Shown here: in pieces, positions 33,878 to 44,638 of the stretch
How positions within the stretch are numbered: position 1 is the first letter of the stretch
Layout of the letters: every line of letters begins with the position of its first letter
Source: Epithemia pelagica
Taxonomy: Eukaryota > Protista > Bacillariophyta
DNA length: 64,000 nucleotides
Reading direction: 5' to 3'
NCBI GenBank assembly: GCA_946965045.2
Contig: OX337230.1
Span: 434,001-498,000 of the forward strand
Made by a program: the position numbers and the translations under genes
Notes under the pieces: model-generated
What the model saw: only the letters and a program-made list of their open reading frames with translations
The model's database searches: none
What the model was told of the DNA's origin: nothing

Positions 33878-36800
33878 ATGGAGGGGATACCATTGGAAAT
33901 GCCTTGTCCCTCATGTGGTGAGGTAATTTGCTTGACTCAATCGAATGACTCCCATATTGCAATGGAGACATACCTATACCAGGGAAAGTGTGGCAATGAC
34001 TTGAACACCTGTCCAATGGGAAACAAAACCGTCTATTGTTGTTCTGCATGTCACAGTGAATCAAGCTTTACTCGTTCCAAAGGTTTCATTTCGAAATGGA
34101 AGTATATTGGTCGACATACCAAGTCGAAATATCATATAGAACGAACCAGTCGAAAGAAGATTTGTCCACAAGTACAAGATGAACCTCAACTCTCTATAGA
34201 CGATGGAGTGGAACATGTTGATTTTGATGACAACGTATCGATACCAGCACATACTGATGATCTTTCCATCAGCAACGAATTGGAAACTAATTCTCAGTTC
34301 ATTGGAAACGCACTCCACAATGGACCGATGGAAATCGACTTGAAACAACTTGGCTTTGATGAAAATTCCAAAACACCGATTTTTTTGAAACACGAGATGA
34401 CGAAACCAGGTTTTGGAGCCAGATATCTTGTCGGGAAAGCCTATGGAGTGGATCCTAACGCAATTTCTTCTGAAGAGGCATATTTCTGTCTCAGTCTTTC
34501 GAGTCTACTAGTCCAATTGACTGATAAACAAAAAGAGACGCTTAGTGAGCTAATGACAATTGCTGGGAACAATGGTGATGAGGGACTATCAATTTTCAAG
34601 AACATACGACTGCCCACATCCAAGGACGATTTCGATGTTTTTTTTCTTCGTGGGAAAAATGCCATTTTACCAAATCTCCCCCACCCAATTCCAAAACCAA
34701 CGAGTGACAAAAGCCATTCGTATGTAAGCCTCAAAGATCTTCTCGCAAATGAGTTGGGGAAAGCCACGAAATATGAGGATTATCTATTTCAGAGTCAAGT
34801 TACATCTGAGGCATGTGATTCGGTTCAAAGTGTGTCGATGACAAAGGCCGCCAAGACATTACTTGTTGATATGAGAAGAAATGAGGAACCAAGTGAGTTC
34901 ACAATGTACCTTTGGATCAGGGAATGGCGTGACGACTTCGACCCAAACAACACGAAGTCGTCACGCAATCAAGTGTGGTGTAATACTTACACAATTTGTC
35001 CGCCAAGAAATGAAAACACTCATGGACTGACTACCTATTTTATGGGGTTATCCAGCAAAGGGGAAGATCATGGTAACGTGGAAAGTATTTTGGCTAGCGA
35101 ATTAGAATCCTTATCGACCACAGGAATGAAGTTTTATCATGGTGGAATGAAGCAAGTAGTAACAGTGAAGATCGACAAGTTGTTAATCAGTGTCGACAGA
35201 CCTGAACGTACGTCTATCTTTCAGATAGGTGATCACAACGGGTCGTACTCCACATGTTGGGGGTACGCTACACAAGTCGATGGGACACGAACTACCAATA
35301 ACCTTCCTTCCTGTGATTCTTGTCGTAAGTGGAGAATTAAGCAACTTCTGGAAGGTAGGACAACCATGAACAGTGAGACAGAACGGCCAGCATGTGACAA
35401 ATGTTCTGATTGGTGTTTAGAAGATCCAAAATTCTTATTTCTTGCACCTCCGGAGTATCCTATACGATATGACGAAACAGATGGTGCACCTCTACCGCCA
35501 AAATTCCGAGACCTATGGCATCATATGGAAAGACTACCAACTACACCAGATGGACAAGAAGCAAGACTGGAGGAACCGATGGGGGGGGTCGACCAATGAG
35601 AACAATCGGCCAGTGAGAAAGAGAAAGAAAACGGCTACCAAACCAAAGTACAAAATTTATCTGGGAACTGTCAAGTTGACCATCGAGTGGTTGAAGACAG
35701 CTTGCGTTTTTGCCTGTCACAATGCCGGAACTTTGCTCCCTGGTGGGAGGTCAAATAAGAAGTATTGGACAAAGTCAAATTTCGTAGCCTATTTGAAGAC
35801 ATGTGCCTGTACGAATCGTATTATTGATTCACTGTACAGGGATGTGCAGACGAGACAAGCCGACCAACAGATTGTTTTACCACCCAGTTGGTCCAACGTG
35901 AGGTCGCTGGCCAAATGTCATTATGCCCCGATGCATATGCTGTTTCTAGGCCATGTCAAGAGTAATCTAGACATGGTCTCGAAATGGCTGGGCAAGTTCG
36001 ATTGTTTGGCCACGTTCGGGAAACAAGTCAACCAATACTTACTTGCAATCCGATCACTTCGTTGTACAAAGTATTTCTCTGCTCAACCTTTGTCCACCTC
36101 TTCGTGGGGCACGGGCGTATGGGTGAGTGAGAATTACCTCTTAGCCTCCCGTATATGGAGATTCCTACTGTGTGTTCCATCACTACGCCATCAGAGACTC
36201 GCCTCGAAACCAGACTTCCTTCCCGAAAGAAAGGTTATTGAACGCTTCATCGTTATGATGAATCTTTGTTTATCAAGGATCATGGCAAATAGACAGGAGA
36301 TAGTAGATTTGCACGATCTCGTTTTGATTTACATGGACGCTATGGTGGATGTGGATGATATATTACTCGCGGCGGAAAAACAAAAGAAACTACCCAATTT
36401 CGTAAAGTCAAACTCATTGGGAATCCTATCGTGTGCATTAACACACCATGAGATGGGCCCTGCCCTCCTTCACTGGGAAGGGGGTTGGGAGGGGGAACGT
36501 AAAATTCAAAAAATGAAACCCCTACTTCACATTAAGCGAAGCAATGCAGATTGGCAAAATTTAACACTTCGCAAATTATATCAGCACGACACAATCCAGT
36601 GGATCCTAGCACAGGATCCATCCTACGCAGACAAGATCCTTTCACGGAAACGAGAGAGTGAGAGTATGGTGAGAGTTTTTCGGAATCGCCAGGAAGCCTT
36701 ACAAGCCATAAACGATTGCGAGATCCTGAGTGCTATTCTATTGAATGACGACAATATATACCTGGCATTCCGCCCAATCGGCGAAGTGTCAAGGGGAAAC

Positions 36801-37097
36801 ACACGTAGTATGGTGAAACTCTTGCCACTTTGTTTTGACGACAGTCAGGGAACTCTCAGTGATACATTGTGTTGGACAGCACCGATCGGAGTATCACAAG
36901 ATGGCAATGAACACTTGTTCGAATCCTTGGCTCATATTAACCAAGAGGCGCTATCAGAAGTATTCTTACTACTGCCTTCTATGTCAGAAGTAAGCAATAC
37001 ATTCGTCAATTCCTATTGGTGTGTGGGCAACAACTGGAGAGAACGAACTGAGTCAGGTCAATTTCAGTACCCAATCTTGAGTAATACCTTATTTTAG
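33878..37097 (+). pseudogene. Plavaka/CMC (EnSpm-like) transposase 1, split by one frameshift between ~35490 and 35600
   Basis: N-terminal C2H2-like CSAC...H...H; WIREWRDDFDPNNTK..RNQVW; SVDRPER; HYAPMHMLFLGHVK; GPALLHWEGGWEGERKIQKMKP. Confidence 0.72.
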
Positions 37098-37114
37098 AAT
37101 GTTCGTTCTTTATT

Positions 37115-38548
37115 TCAGTGTTGCCATGGAAAACAAACTACAATGGGGATGATTGCCCATCCCTGAAGTCGTTTAGTAGTCTTCTTCTGTTTCCGGATCA
37201 GTCCAGCTTTTTCGATAATCCGTAAGATGGAGGTCGTAGTTCGAATGGTTGCGTTGTCTTGATTATATGAATGAAGAGTAACAAGTTGGTGGAAATGTGA
37301 AGTTGGTACCCATACATCATCACTATCCGAAGGCATTCCACAATGATTCACTATGTAAACAACCATGTCGTATATGCCGAAGAGAGAAGGATCAGTTTGG
37401 AACGACTTGTCGATGAAATAGGGTGATTTGGTCCATTCCAATACACAGGATATAGTCTTCTTGCTCACTTTAACCTTGGTCCATGATTCTTCTGCCGTTG
37501 TAGGGACATTATCAATTGGAGTGTTACTTAGTAACGGTAATAAGCGATTCTTCATACCCAAACGAACTCCCAAACATCGTCTTGGAATGAATATTATGAG
37601 TCCCTCTCCCCAGGCATTACTTGGCGAGATGGATGAGAATTTACTTAAAACTTGGTTTCTTCTCGATGTAATGCAAGGTAGCATTCTCTGCATCTGTTCA
37701 AAGTATGGCAGAACATCGTCACACCTGAGACTGGTGGTTGTACCTCTAGGGTCCAAGCGATCTTTCTTGGCTGCCGTCGCTGCATCTTGGTTTTTGCTCG
37801 ATAACACCATGCCACAACCGAACCATTTTCCCATGGTTACGAAAGCAACTTGTTCCACAAAGCATATAGGCTTGGACATTGTGAGGAGCATGGAACAAGA
37901 CCTACCACCAGTCAATATCTCGTCAACAATGATACCGAAATTGTGGTGTTTGGCCAATAGCCCAAGACGCGACAAACAACGGTCTGATAAAATACTTCCG
38001 TTGGAAGCAAGGAGTAACTCGACAAAGACTGTTGTGACCGGCTGATTGATTGACTTTTGGAAGAAGCATCTTTTGTGTAGAAGATGTAAACACAAATCTT
38101 CGTAAGAATGGGCTTGTCGGGTTGGTATCGTCCCCGGAATGTAGTATGGGAGAGGAATGGTCTTTCTCAATGCACAGATCGAGATATCATTGGATTCAGG
38201 GTCGTACAAATAAGATGGTCCATTGTCTACGTGAAAACTTGCAGTTGACCAGTGTTGAAGGGGTCCAAGGTCACCAGCGACGTAGCTACCACATCCAACT
38301 AAGACGCCACTGGTTTCACCATTGCTGAGGCTTGTAATGGCATATAGGTTAGCGTCGGAGCCATTCGGTGTCAACTTCTCCAAAGAAAACTGACCGTTTG
38401 TAACTTCACATATAATACCTCGTAATGTTGTCTCAGAGGTTGAATCTGAGTATAAAAAGGAATCAACAGATTTCCTTTTGTGAGGAGAACGGGTGCGGTG
38501 AGGGATAACAAATGAGGCGCCCCAATGATTAGCCAGATCGTCACACAT
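37115..38548 (-). CDS. Class III PLP-dependent aminotransferase-fold protein
   Basis: FVELLLASNG, IIVDEILTGGRS (cf. DEVxTGxGR), FVTMGKWFGCG (PLP lysine). The likely start is ATG 38548; the longer ORF to 38809 runs through a CGCGTG-repeat stretch. Confidence 0.75.
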   Translation of the reverse strand: MCDDLANHWGASFVIPHRTRSPHKRKSVDSFLYSDSTSETTLRGIICEVTNGQFSLEKLTPNGSDANLYAITSLSNGETSGVLVGCGSYVAGDLGPLQHWSTASFHVDNGPSYLYDPESNDISICALRKTIPLPYYIPGTIPTRQAHSYEDLCLHLLHKRCFFQKSINQPVTTVFVELLLASNGSILSDRCLSRLGLLAKHHNFGIIVDEILTGGRSCSMLLTMSKPICFVEQVAFVTMGKWFGCGMVLSSKNQDAATAAKKDRLDPRGTTTSLRCDDVLPYFEQMQRMLPCITSRRNQVLSKFSSISPSNAWGEGLIIFIPRRCLGVRLGMKNRLLPLLSNTPIDNVPTTAEESWTKVKVSKKTISCVLEWTKSPYFIDKSFQTDPSLFGIYDMVVYIVNHCGMPSDSDDVWVPTSHFHQLVTLHSYNQDNATIRTTTSILRIIEKAGLIRKQKKTTKRLQGWAIIPIVVCFPWQH

Positions 38549-38624
38549 GAAGAGATGGTGGCAAAAGAAGGATGATATACGTCTAAGGAGGTTTTTTGAA
38601 GATAAGTGACTGGAATTCCACCAA

Positions 38625-38810
38625 CAGGCGCGTGACACACGCCCAACAGGCGCGTGCAGCACCCCCAGAACACGGATCACGCGCATTTGGCGCGTACGAA
38701 GCGCGTGGCGCTCCAGATTGCGCGTGAATGCGCGTGAAACGTGTAGACAACGCGTGAAACGTGTTGACACCCGCGTGAGCATGTTTATTGTATGTGGAAA
38801 CGCGTGCACA
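38625..38810. promoter_or_regulatory. Cluster of about 8 CGCGTG motifs upstream of the aminotransferase
   Basis: GGCGCGTGAC, GGCGCGTGCA, GCGCGTGG, GCGCGTGAA (x2), ACGCGTGAA, CCGCGTGAG, ACGCGTGCA. Confidence 0.45.
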
Positions 38811-39222
38811 GAGCCTAACCTTTGCCTAGATACCTAACTACTAGCTACACATATAACACCTAGTATTCCAGTCGCACGTAAACTCCAAAAGCGACCCACA
38901 AATTTCTCCTCCACCACCAAATCACGTCACAGTGACATACGAAGAACAATGGACACAAAATCACGGAAGAACGCTGAAAATTAGATTTTCCTCACACAAC
39001 AACCACACAAAAGATATACTCTCCCACTTTTGTGATCACTTTTGGACGATAGTGTCATAGAGTGCCTCATCCAACTCACACCAACCCCCAACGCCCCAAA
39101 AAACACACAGCAGCAGCAACAACAACAACAACAACAACACAACAGCAACAACAACAACAACAGCTACAACAAACAGGCGAACACAAAGAGAATCATTTCC
39201 TTTTTCAAATTGGAAAGGTGCT

Positions 39223-39960
39223 AGGTAAGCCAAGTCGACAAGACAACAGTGAGAGTTCGTTTTGTCGTTTTCCTATATGCCCACTAATCATTTTCTTCTG
39301 TTTCCATGAAAACCCAACCATGTGATCGCTGTTTGGCAACTATTTCTTCCCTCCTATCATCCCACAAGACAATTTTCAACGCTCTGAACGACTGGATTGG
39401 TGGTTCTGTTTGAAAAAGGGCGAAGACACCAAGTTGGTGCACCCATTTCATTCTCCCATCAATTTCCATCGACCAAAACTGGTTGGATTGCTGGATTGCC
39501 GCTGCTTCTTCCCTCCTATTATCCCAGAAGACCATTTTCAACGATCTGAACGGTCGGATTGGTGAGGATTCTATTGAACAAAGGGCAAAAAGGTAAGCCA
39601 AGTCGACAAGACAACAGTGAGAGTTCGTTTTGTCGTTTTCCTACATGCCCACTAATCATTTTCTTCTGTTTCCATGAAAACCCAACCATGTGATCGCTGT
39701 TTGGCAACTATTTCTTCCCTCCTATCATCCCACAAGACAATTTTCAACGCTCTGAACAACTGGATTGGTGGTTCTGTTTGAAAAAGGGCGAAGACACCAA
39801 GTTGGTGCACCCATTTCATTCTCCCATCAATTTCCATCGACCAAAACTGGTTGGATTGCTGGATTGCCGCTGCTTCTTCCCTCCTATTATCCCAGAAGAC
39901 CATTTTCAACGATCTGAACGATCGGATTGGTGAGGATTCTATTGAACAAAGGGCAAAAGA
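39223..39960. repeat. Two tandem 368-bp units containing diverged 105-bp-type monomers
   Basis: AGGTAAGCCAAGTCGACAAGACAACAG at 39223 and 39591. Confidence 0.9.
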
Positions 39961-41380
39961 CACCAAGTTGGTGCACCCTCTTCCTTCACCCCTCCATCTC
40001 CATCGACCAAGACCCTGTTGGATTGCTGTGTTGCTACCCCTTCTCAATTGGAACAAGGGCCGAGACACCAAGTTGGTGCACCCATTTCCTTCACCCCTCC
40101 ATTTCCATCGACCAAAACTGGTTGGATTGCTGTGTTGCTACTCCTTCTCGATTGGAACAAGGGCCGAGACACCAAGTTGGTGCACCCATTTCCTTCACCC
40201 CTCCATTTCCATCAACCAAGACCCTGTTGGATTGCTGTGTTGCTACTCATTCCCGATTGGAACAAGGGCTGAGACACCAAGTTGGTGCACCCTCTTCCTT
40301 CACCCCTCCATCTCCATCGACCAAGACCCTGTTGGATTGCTGTGTTGCTACTCCTTCTCAATTGGAACAAGGGCCGAGACACCAAGTTGGTGCACCCATT
40401 TCCCTCACCCCTCCATTTCCATCAACCAAGACCCTGTTGGATTGCTGTGTTGCTACTCCTTCCCGATTGGAACAAGGGCTGAGACACCAAGTTGGTGCAC
40501 CCATTTCCTTCACCCCTCCATTTCCATCGACCAAGACCCCGTTGGATTGCTGTGTTGCTACTCCTTCTCAATTGGAACAAGGGCCAAGACACCAAGTTGG
40601 TGCACCCATTTCCTTCACCCCTCCATTTCCATCGACCAAGACCCCGTTGGATTGCTGTGTTGCTACTCCTTCCCGATTGGAACAAGGGCTGAGACACCAA
40701 GTTGGTGCACCCATTTCCTTCACCCCTCCATCTCCATCGACCAAGACCGTGTTGGATTGCAGTGTTGCTACTCCTTCCCGATTTGAACAAGGGCCGAGAC
40801 ACCAAGTTGGTGCACCCATTTCCTTCACCCATCCATCTCCATCGACCAAGACCGTGTTGGATTGCCGTGTTGCTACTCCTTCCAGATTGGAATAAGGGCC
40901 GAGACACCAAGTTGGTGCACCCATTTCCTTCACCCCTCCATCTCCATCGACCAAGACCCTGTTGGATTGCTGTGTTGCCACTCCTTCTCGATTGGAACAA
41001 GGATCAAGACACCAAGTTGGTGCACCCAATTTTCACTCCTCCATCACCATCGACCAAGACCTTGTTGGATTGCTGTGTTGCTACGCCTTCCCTATTGGAA
41101 CAAGGGCCGAGACACCAAGTTGGTGCACCCCTCTCCATCCCTCCTTCATCTACATCGACCAAGAAGACCCCATTGGATTGCTATATCTTGATTGGTGGTT
41201 CTGTTGAAGGGCCGAGACACCAAGTTGTTGCGCCCCCATACTTCTATCTTCTATCTCTATCGACCAAGACCCTATTGGATTGTTGTATTTGCTACTGATT
41301 CTTGACTGGAAGGACCGAGACATCAAGTTGGTACACCCATATCCCTCACTCCTCCATCCCTATCGACCAAGACCCTCCAG
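39955..41380. repeat. Tandem array of 105-bp units, about 14 copies
   Basis: CACCAAGTTGGTGCAC at 39961, 40066, 40170, 40275, 40380, 40485, 40590, 40695, 40800, 40905, 41010 and 41113, then degenerate copies. Confidence 0.95.
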
Positions 41381-41492
41381 GGTTTCCATCACGCAAGCTT
41401 GAGAAACGGTAGTATCAAGTTGCATCGGAACCCTGCATCGAAAGAAAATTTCTCCTCATTTCTTCCCCAAGCTGATTGAATCGCACGTTAAT

Positions 41493-44400
41493 ATGGCTGA
41501 TTCGGTAGAAGATTCCGATCGATATTTCCCAGACTTGATATGTTATGAATATACAATCGAGTGGTATCGTTCTGTTTATTCCAACACTGATAATTGGACA
41601 GATTTCTCCACTACATATGGAGGTGAAACCATATTCGTATCCCTCTTGCGCTGTGGATCAAGTATTTTCAGTGATATCGCCTCGCATGCTGCTGTTTGTT
41701 TCCCGAAGATACTGAGACTTGTAGAGACGATCGAAGAACAACAAGAGGGAAACAAGAGTGACGGAGCTGGTAGTTTTATTTCACCAGGAATCGACCTATT
41801 CGAACAAACTCTATATGGAGACGCACTTCGTCTGTGGGACAAGGAATTCCCGTCAACGACAAGATCAAAGTCGAGCGCAAGCTTTACTCGATCCCTCAAG
41901 GTGTTTCTTGGAGCCCATCCTATGCTCGCTGATATTGTCCTCAACTCGTATTCGATGGAGAGACGGCTTAATGTCGTGGCTGCAAAAATATTGGACTATA
42001 TGACATCTGATAGATCGAAGTTTCGGAAAGACAGAACAATAGCAGTCCGAGAAATGGTTTGGAGCGTTCAACATATGGCAGCTGTCTATCGGGTATTGGA
42101 ATCTGACTCCTATGAAATGGAAGGAGTCGATGTTGAAAAAGCATTAGCCCTTACACTTCCTGATTGTTGGTTTCGTCCTTATTTTGACATACCAAGAGCT
42201 GCTAAGTATCCCGCGAACGACTATTCCAATTTGGCGGTTCTAATTTCATATTACCAGACGATGGAACGGGAATACGCTACAAAGACGAAGGAGTATCAGA
42301 AGGGGCGACATGAACAACGATCTCAAGACAGGAAACGCCGTAAACGAGCGTCAGACAGTAGATGTGATGGTGCAACAAGTTCTACCATTTTCACTGTTTC
42401 AAATAACGAGAGCAAATCACCATCTCAGTCTCTGTCAGCGACTGAGGAGGATCGGAGTTCCATTTTTGATACTCTTGCATTGAAAAAGAAACAACAAAAA
42501 GGAAAACAAGCGACGACAAAAAAATCTTCCTCTCAATCAAAGGTGGGTCTGTTGGAAAGTAAATCACATGTTGACCACGGTAGCGACAAACCTAAAGGAA
42601 TACCAAAGAAACCACCTCCTCTCAAGAATAAACCTGGTCCATCAGACGACCTTGCATCTTTCACTAACGACCGTTTGATTCATATGGCTAACTGGTCCCT
42701 CAAACAGTCGATGTCAGCGATCAATGAAGCTTGGGATCTCTGTAAAGAAAGTGCCGTTAGACGTAAGGGAAGCATCCATGAAGTTGTTTTGCGATTTGTC
42801 TTTACCTGTGCTTGCTGTACCAACAAGAATGGTTCTCTACAACATGACAATGGGAAAATGGACGTCCTTTTTGTCCCACATCGCCAGTACCGACGAAACC
42901 TTTTGCTACGGACGAATACTCAAGAGACGACTGAGTTTAAGGGGATCCCTCCCCTCATATTCAGGTCGATGCTTGTGCTGGTGGTTCATAAATGGCACAA
43001 CAAGTCCGTTTGCTTTGAGCAAATCGACGAAGATAGTCTGAGAATGGACACAACGACTGCAATGGATTTGAGTTCGTCATCATCCGATACTACATTGGTC
43101 GTCGTCACTACCAAGTATGAAGCTTTTGATCCCGTCTTAATCCTCTTACAAGCACATCAAAGAGAAGTGTTGATATTCGATCCATTATCGACAAGGGATA
43201 TTCGCTCATGGAGGCCTACAGTGATTCGATGTCTACGGAAACTAAGGCTATTGGACGATGAAAAGAAAATCCAATCATTCTTGAGCGTTGATATAAAGGA
43301 AGAGCTCGTTGGATGTGACTGGAGATTCATTTATAAGAAGTATCCGAATCCGGTGGCACCAAGTGCGTGTACGCTTCCCCAAGTATCAATCATATGTGTG
43401 ATCGACGAGATCCTGTCAAAGGCGTCCCCTAATATGTCCTGTGATCAGATGATGGGGAAATGGGCTCAAGAATTGCCATCGTGTAGGCGAGAATGTCACA
43501 AGGCCTGCAATCATATCGTGAGTACGGCTATCAATAAAGCGAAACGTGATTCGACTCTGCGTGTATGTTTCAAGGACGTTAATGACGATACACGTCCAAG
43601 GATCAAACGCAGTCGCCGGTTTATAATAGAAGGGAAAGATCGAGGGGAGGTAATGGAAGATATGCTGGATTCCGACGATGAACGATTCGAGGACATTAAA
43701 GTGATACAAGAGATTACAGAAGCGGACAAGGCGCTCGAACGACTTCACGAAGATCGGCGATTTTTGGATCTGGTACGAACATTGAACGATGAAGATCAGA
43801 AAGAGGCACTCTGTTCCACTTGTGGGACTTCATTGCTTAAAAAGGATCTGGATAGAAGTCAGACCGTTTCTATCGTGAGTTGGACAAGGCAAGAAACCTC
43901 CAACTGTCCTCATTATCATTGTCCAACATGTACTTTCATCCGGAATTCGGTGAAGAATCGATTTTGTTCCATATGCGGTCATATGCATGCTGAGCTAATA
44001 CCACACGATCTACATGAGACAGAATTAATCGCGAAGAAAGACAAGACAATCGTCCTAGACGAATATGATGAAGACTCCGAACAATATTGTGCCATATGCC
44101 ATGGACAGCGTCCTAACGACTGTCGGATCGAGAGATGCGGGCACAAGTTTTGTCGGGTGTGTCTTGGTCATGTCCTTACCACCGAAAAACAAGTTCCTAT
44201 GGGGAAACAGAAATCGACACCTCCTGAAATGAACGAGAGTTGCCCTTTGTGCAACGGAGATATTGCTTCGATTACGTACACCAATGCACATGATGGTTCA
44301 GTTGAAGAAGTTGGCGTGTCAAAAGAGGAACATCGTGGTCTCTACAGACCGGTCCCTGTATTTCCAGAGACAGCATGGGGTCGTGTACCGTTGGAAACTC

Positions 44401-44504
44401 TCCGTTTCATGAGTAAAAAACAACAAAAGGAGAAGAATAGGAGAGACCAAACTGAATCTTCTACTGTCACGATCAGTAACACAGAAGCGAAAAGGCAAGT
44501 CTGA
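41493..44504 (+). CDS. 1003-aa protein with a C-terminal C3HC4 RING finger and a second Cys/His cluster
   Basis: CAIC...RCGHKFCRVC...CPLC; upstream CSTC...CPHYHCPTC...CSICGH; intronless. Confidence 0.75.
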   Translation: MADSVEDSDRYFPDLICYEYTIEWYRSVYSNTDNWTDFSTTYGGETIFVSLLRCGSSIFSDIASHAAVCFPKILRLVETIEEQQEGNKSDGAGSFISPGIDLFEQTLYGDALRLWDKEFPSTTRSKSSASFTRSLKVFLGAHPMLADIVLNSYSMERRLNVVAAKILDYMTSDRSKFRKDRTIAVREMVWSVQHMAAVYRVLESDSYEMEGVDVEKALALTLPDCWFRPYFDIPRAAKYPANDYSNLAVLISYYQTMEREYATKTKEYQKGRHEQRSQDRKRRKRASDSRCDGATSSTIFTVSNNESKSPSQSLSATEEDRSSIFDTLALKKKQQKGKQATTKKSSSQSKVGLLESKSHVDHGSDKPKGIPKKPPPLKNKPGPSDDLASFTNDRLIHMANWSLKQSMSAINEAWDLCKESAVRRKGSIHEVVLRFVFTCACCTNKNGSLQHDNGKMDVLFVPHRQYRRNLLLRTNTQETTEFKGIPPLIFRSMLVLVVHKWHNKSVCFEQIDEDSLRMDTTTAMDLSSSSSDTTLVVVTTKYEAFDPVLILLQAHQREVLIFDPLSTRDIRSWRPTVIRCLRKLRLLDDEKKIQSFLSVDIKEELVGCDWRFIYKKYPNPVAPSACTLPQVSIICVIDEILSKASPNMSCDQMMGKWAQELPSCRRECHKACNHIVSTAINKAKRDSTLRVCFKDVNDDTRPRIKRSRRFIIEGKDRGEVMEDMLDSDDERFEDIKVIQEITEADKALERLHEDRRFLDLVRTLNDEDQKEALCSTCGTSLLKKDLDRSQTVSIVSWTRQETSNCPHYHCPTCTFIRNSVKNRFCSICGHMHAELIPHDLHETELIAKKDKTIVLDEYDEDSEQYCAICHGQRPNDCRIERCGHKFCRVCLGHVLTTEKQVPMGKQKSTPPEMNESCPLCNGDIASITYTNAHDGSVEEVGVSKEEHRGLYRPVPVFPETAWGRVPLETLRFMSKKQQKEKNRRDQTESSTVTISNTEAKRQV

Positions 44505-44638
44505 TCTATATTATTAGTACTCTCGATCAAAAGAAGAGACATTCTAGTTTCAGGTATTTGGCATTTCTATCCGCGTACTAACTATGTCTTTGTACTACAA
44601 GAAGTTCGGAAACGACAAGCACACATCCTAGAGCGGAG

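Noticed and set aside
38549-38809. N-terminal extension of the aminotransferase ORF
   Set aside because: The translation is a by-product of the CGCGTG repeats (TRVSTRFTR...) and is more likely upstream non-coding DNA.
39851-41298. Long ORFs on both strands in the 105-bp array
   Set aside because: They are a by-product of a 35-codon stop-poor unit: several frames are open at once and one 104-bp unit shifts the frame, so there is no sign of coding constraint.
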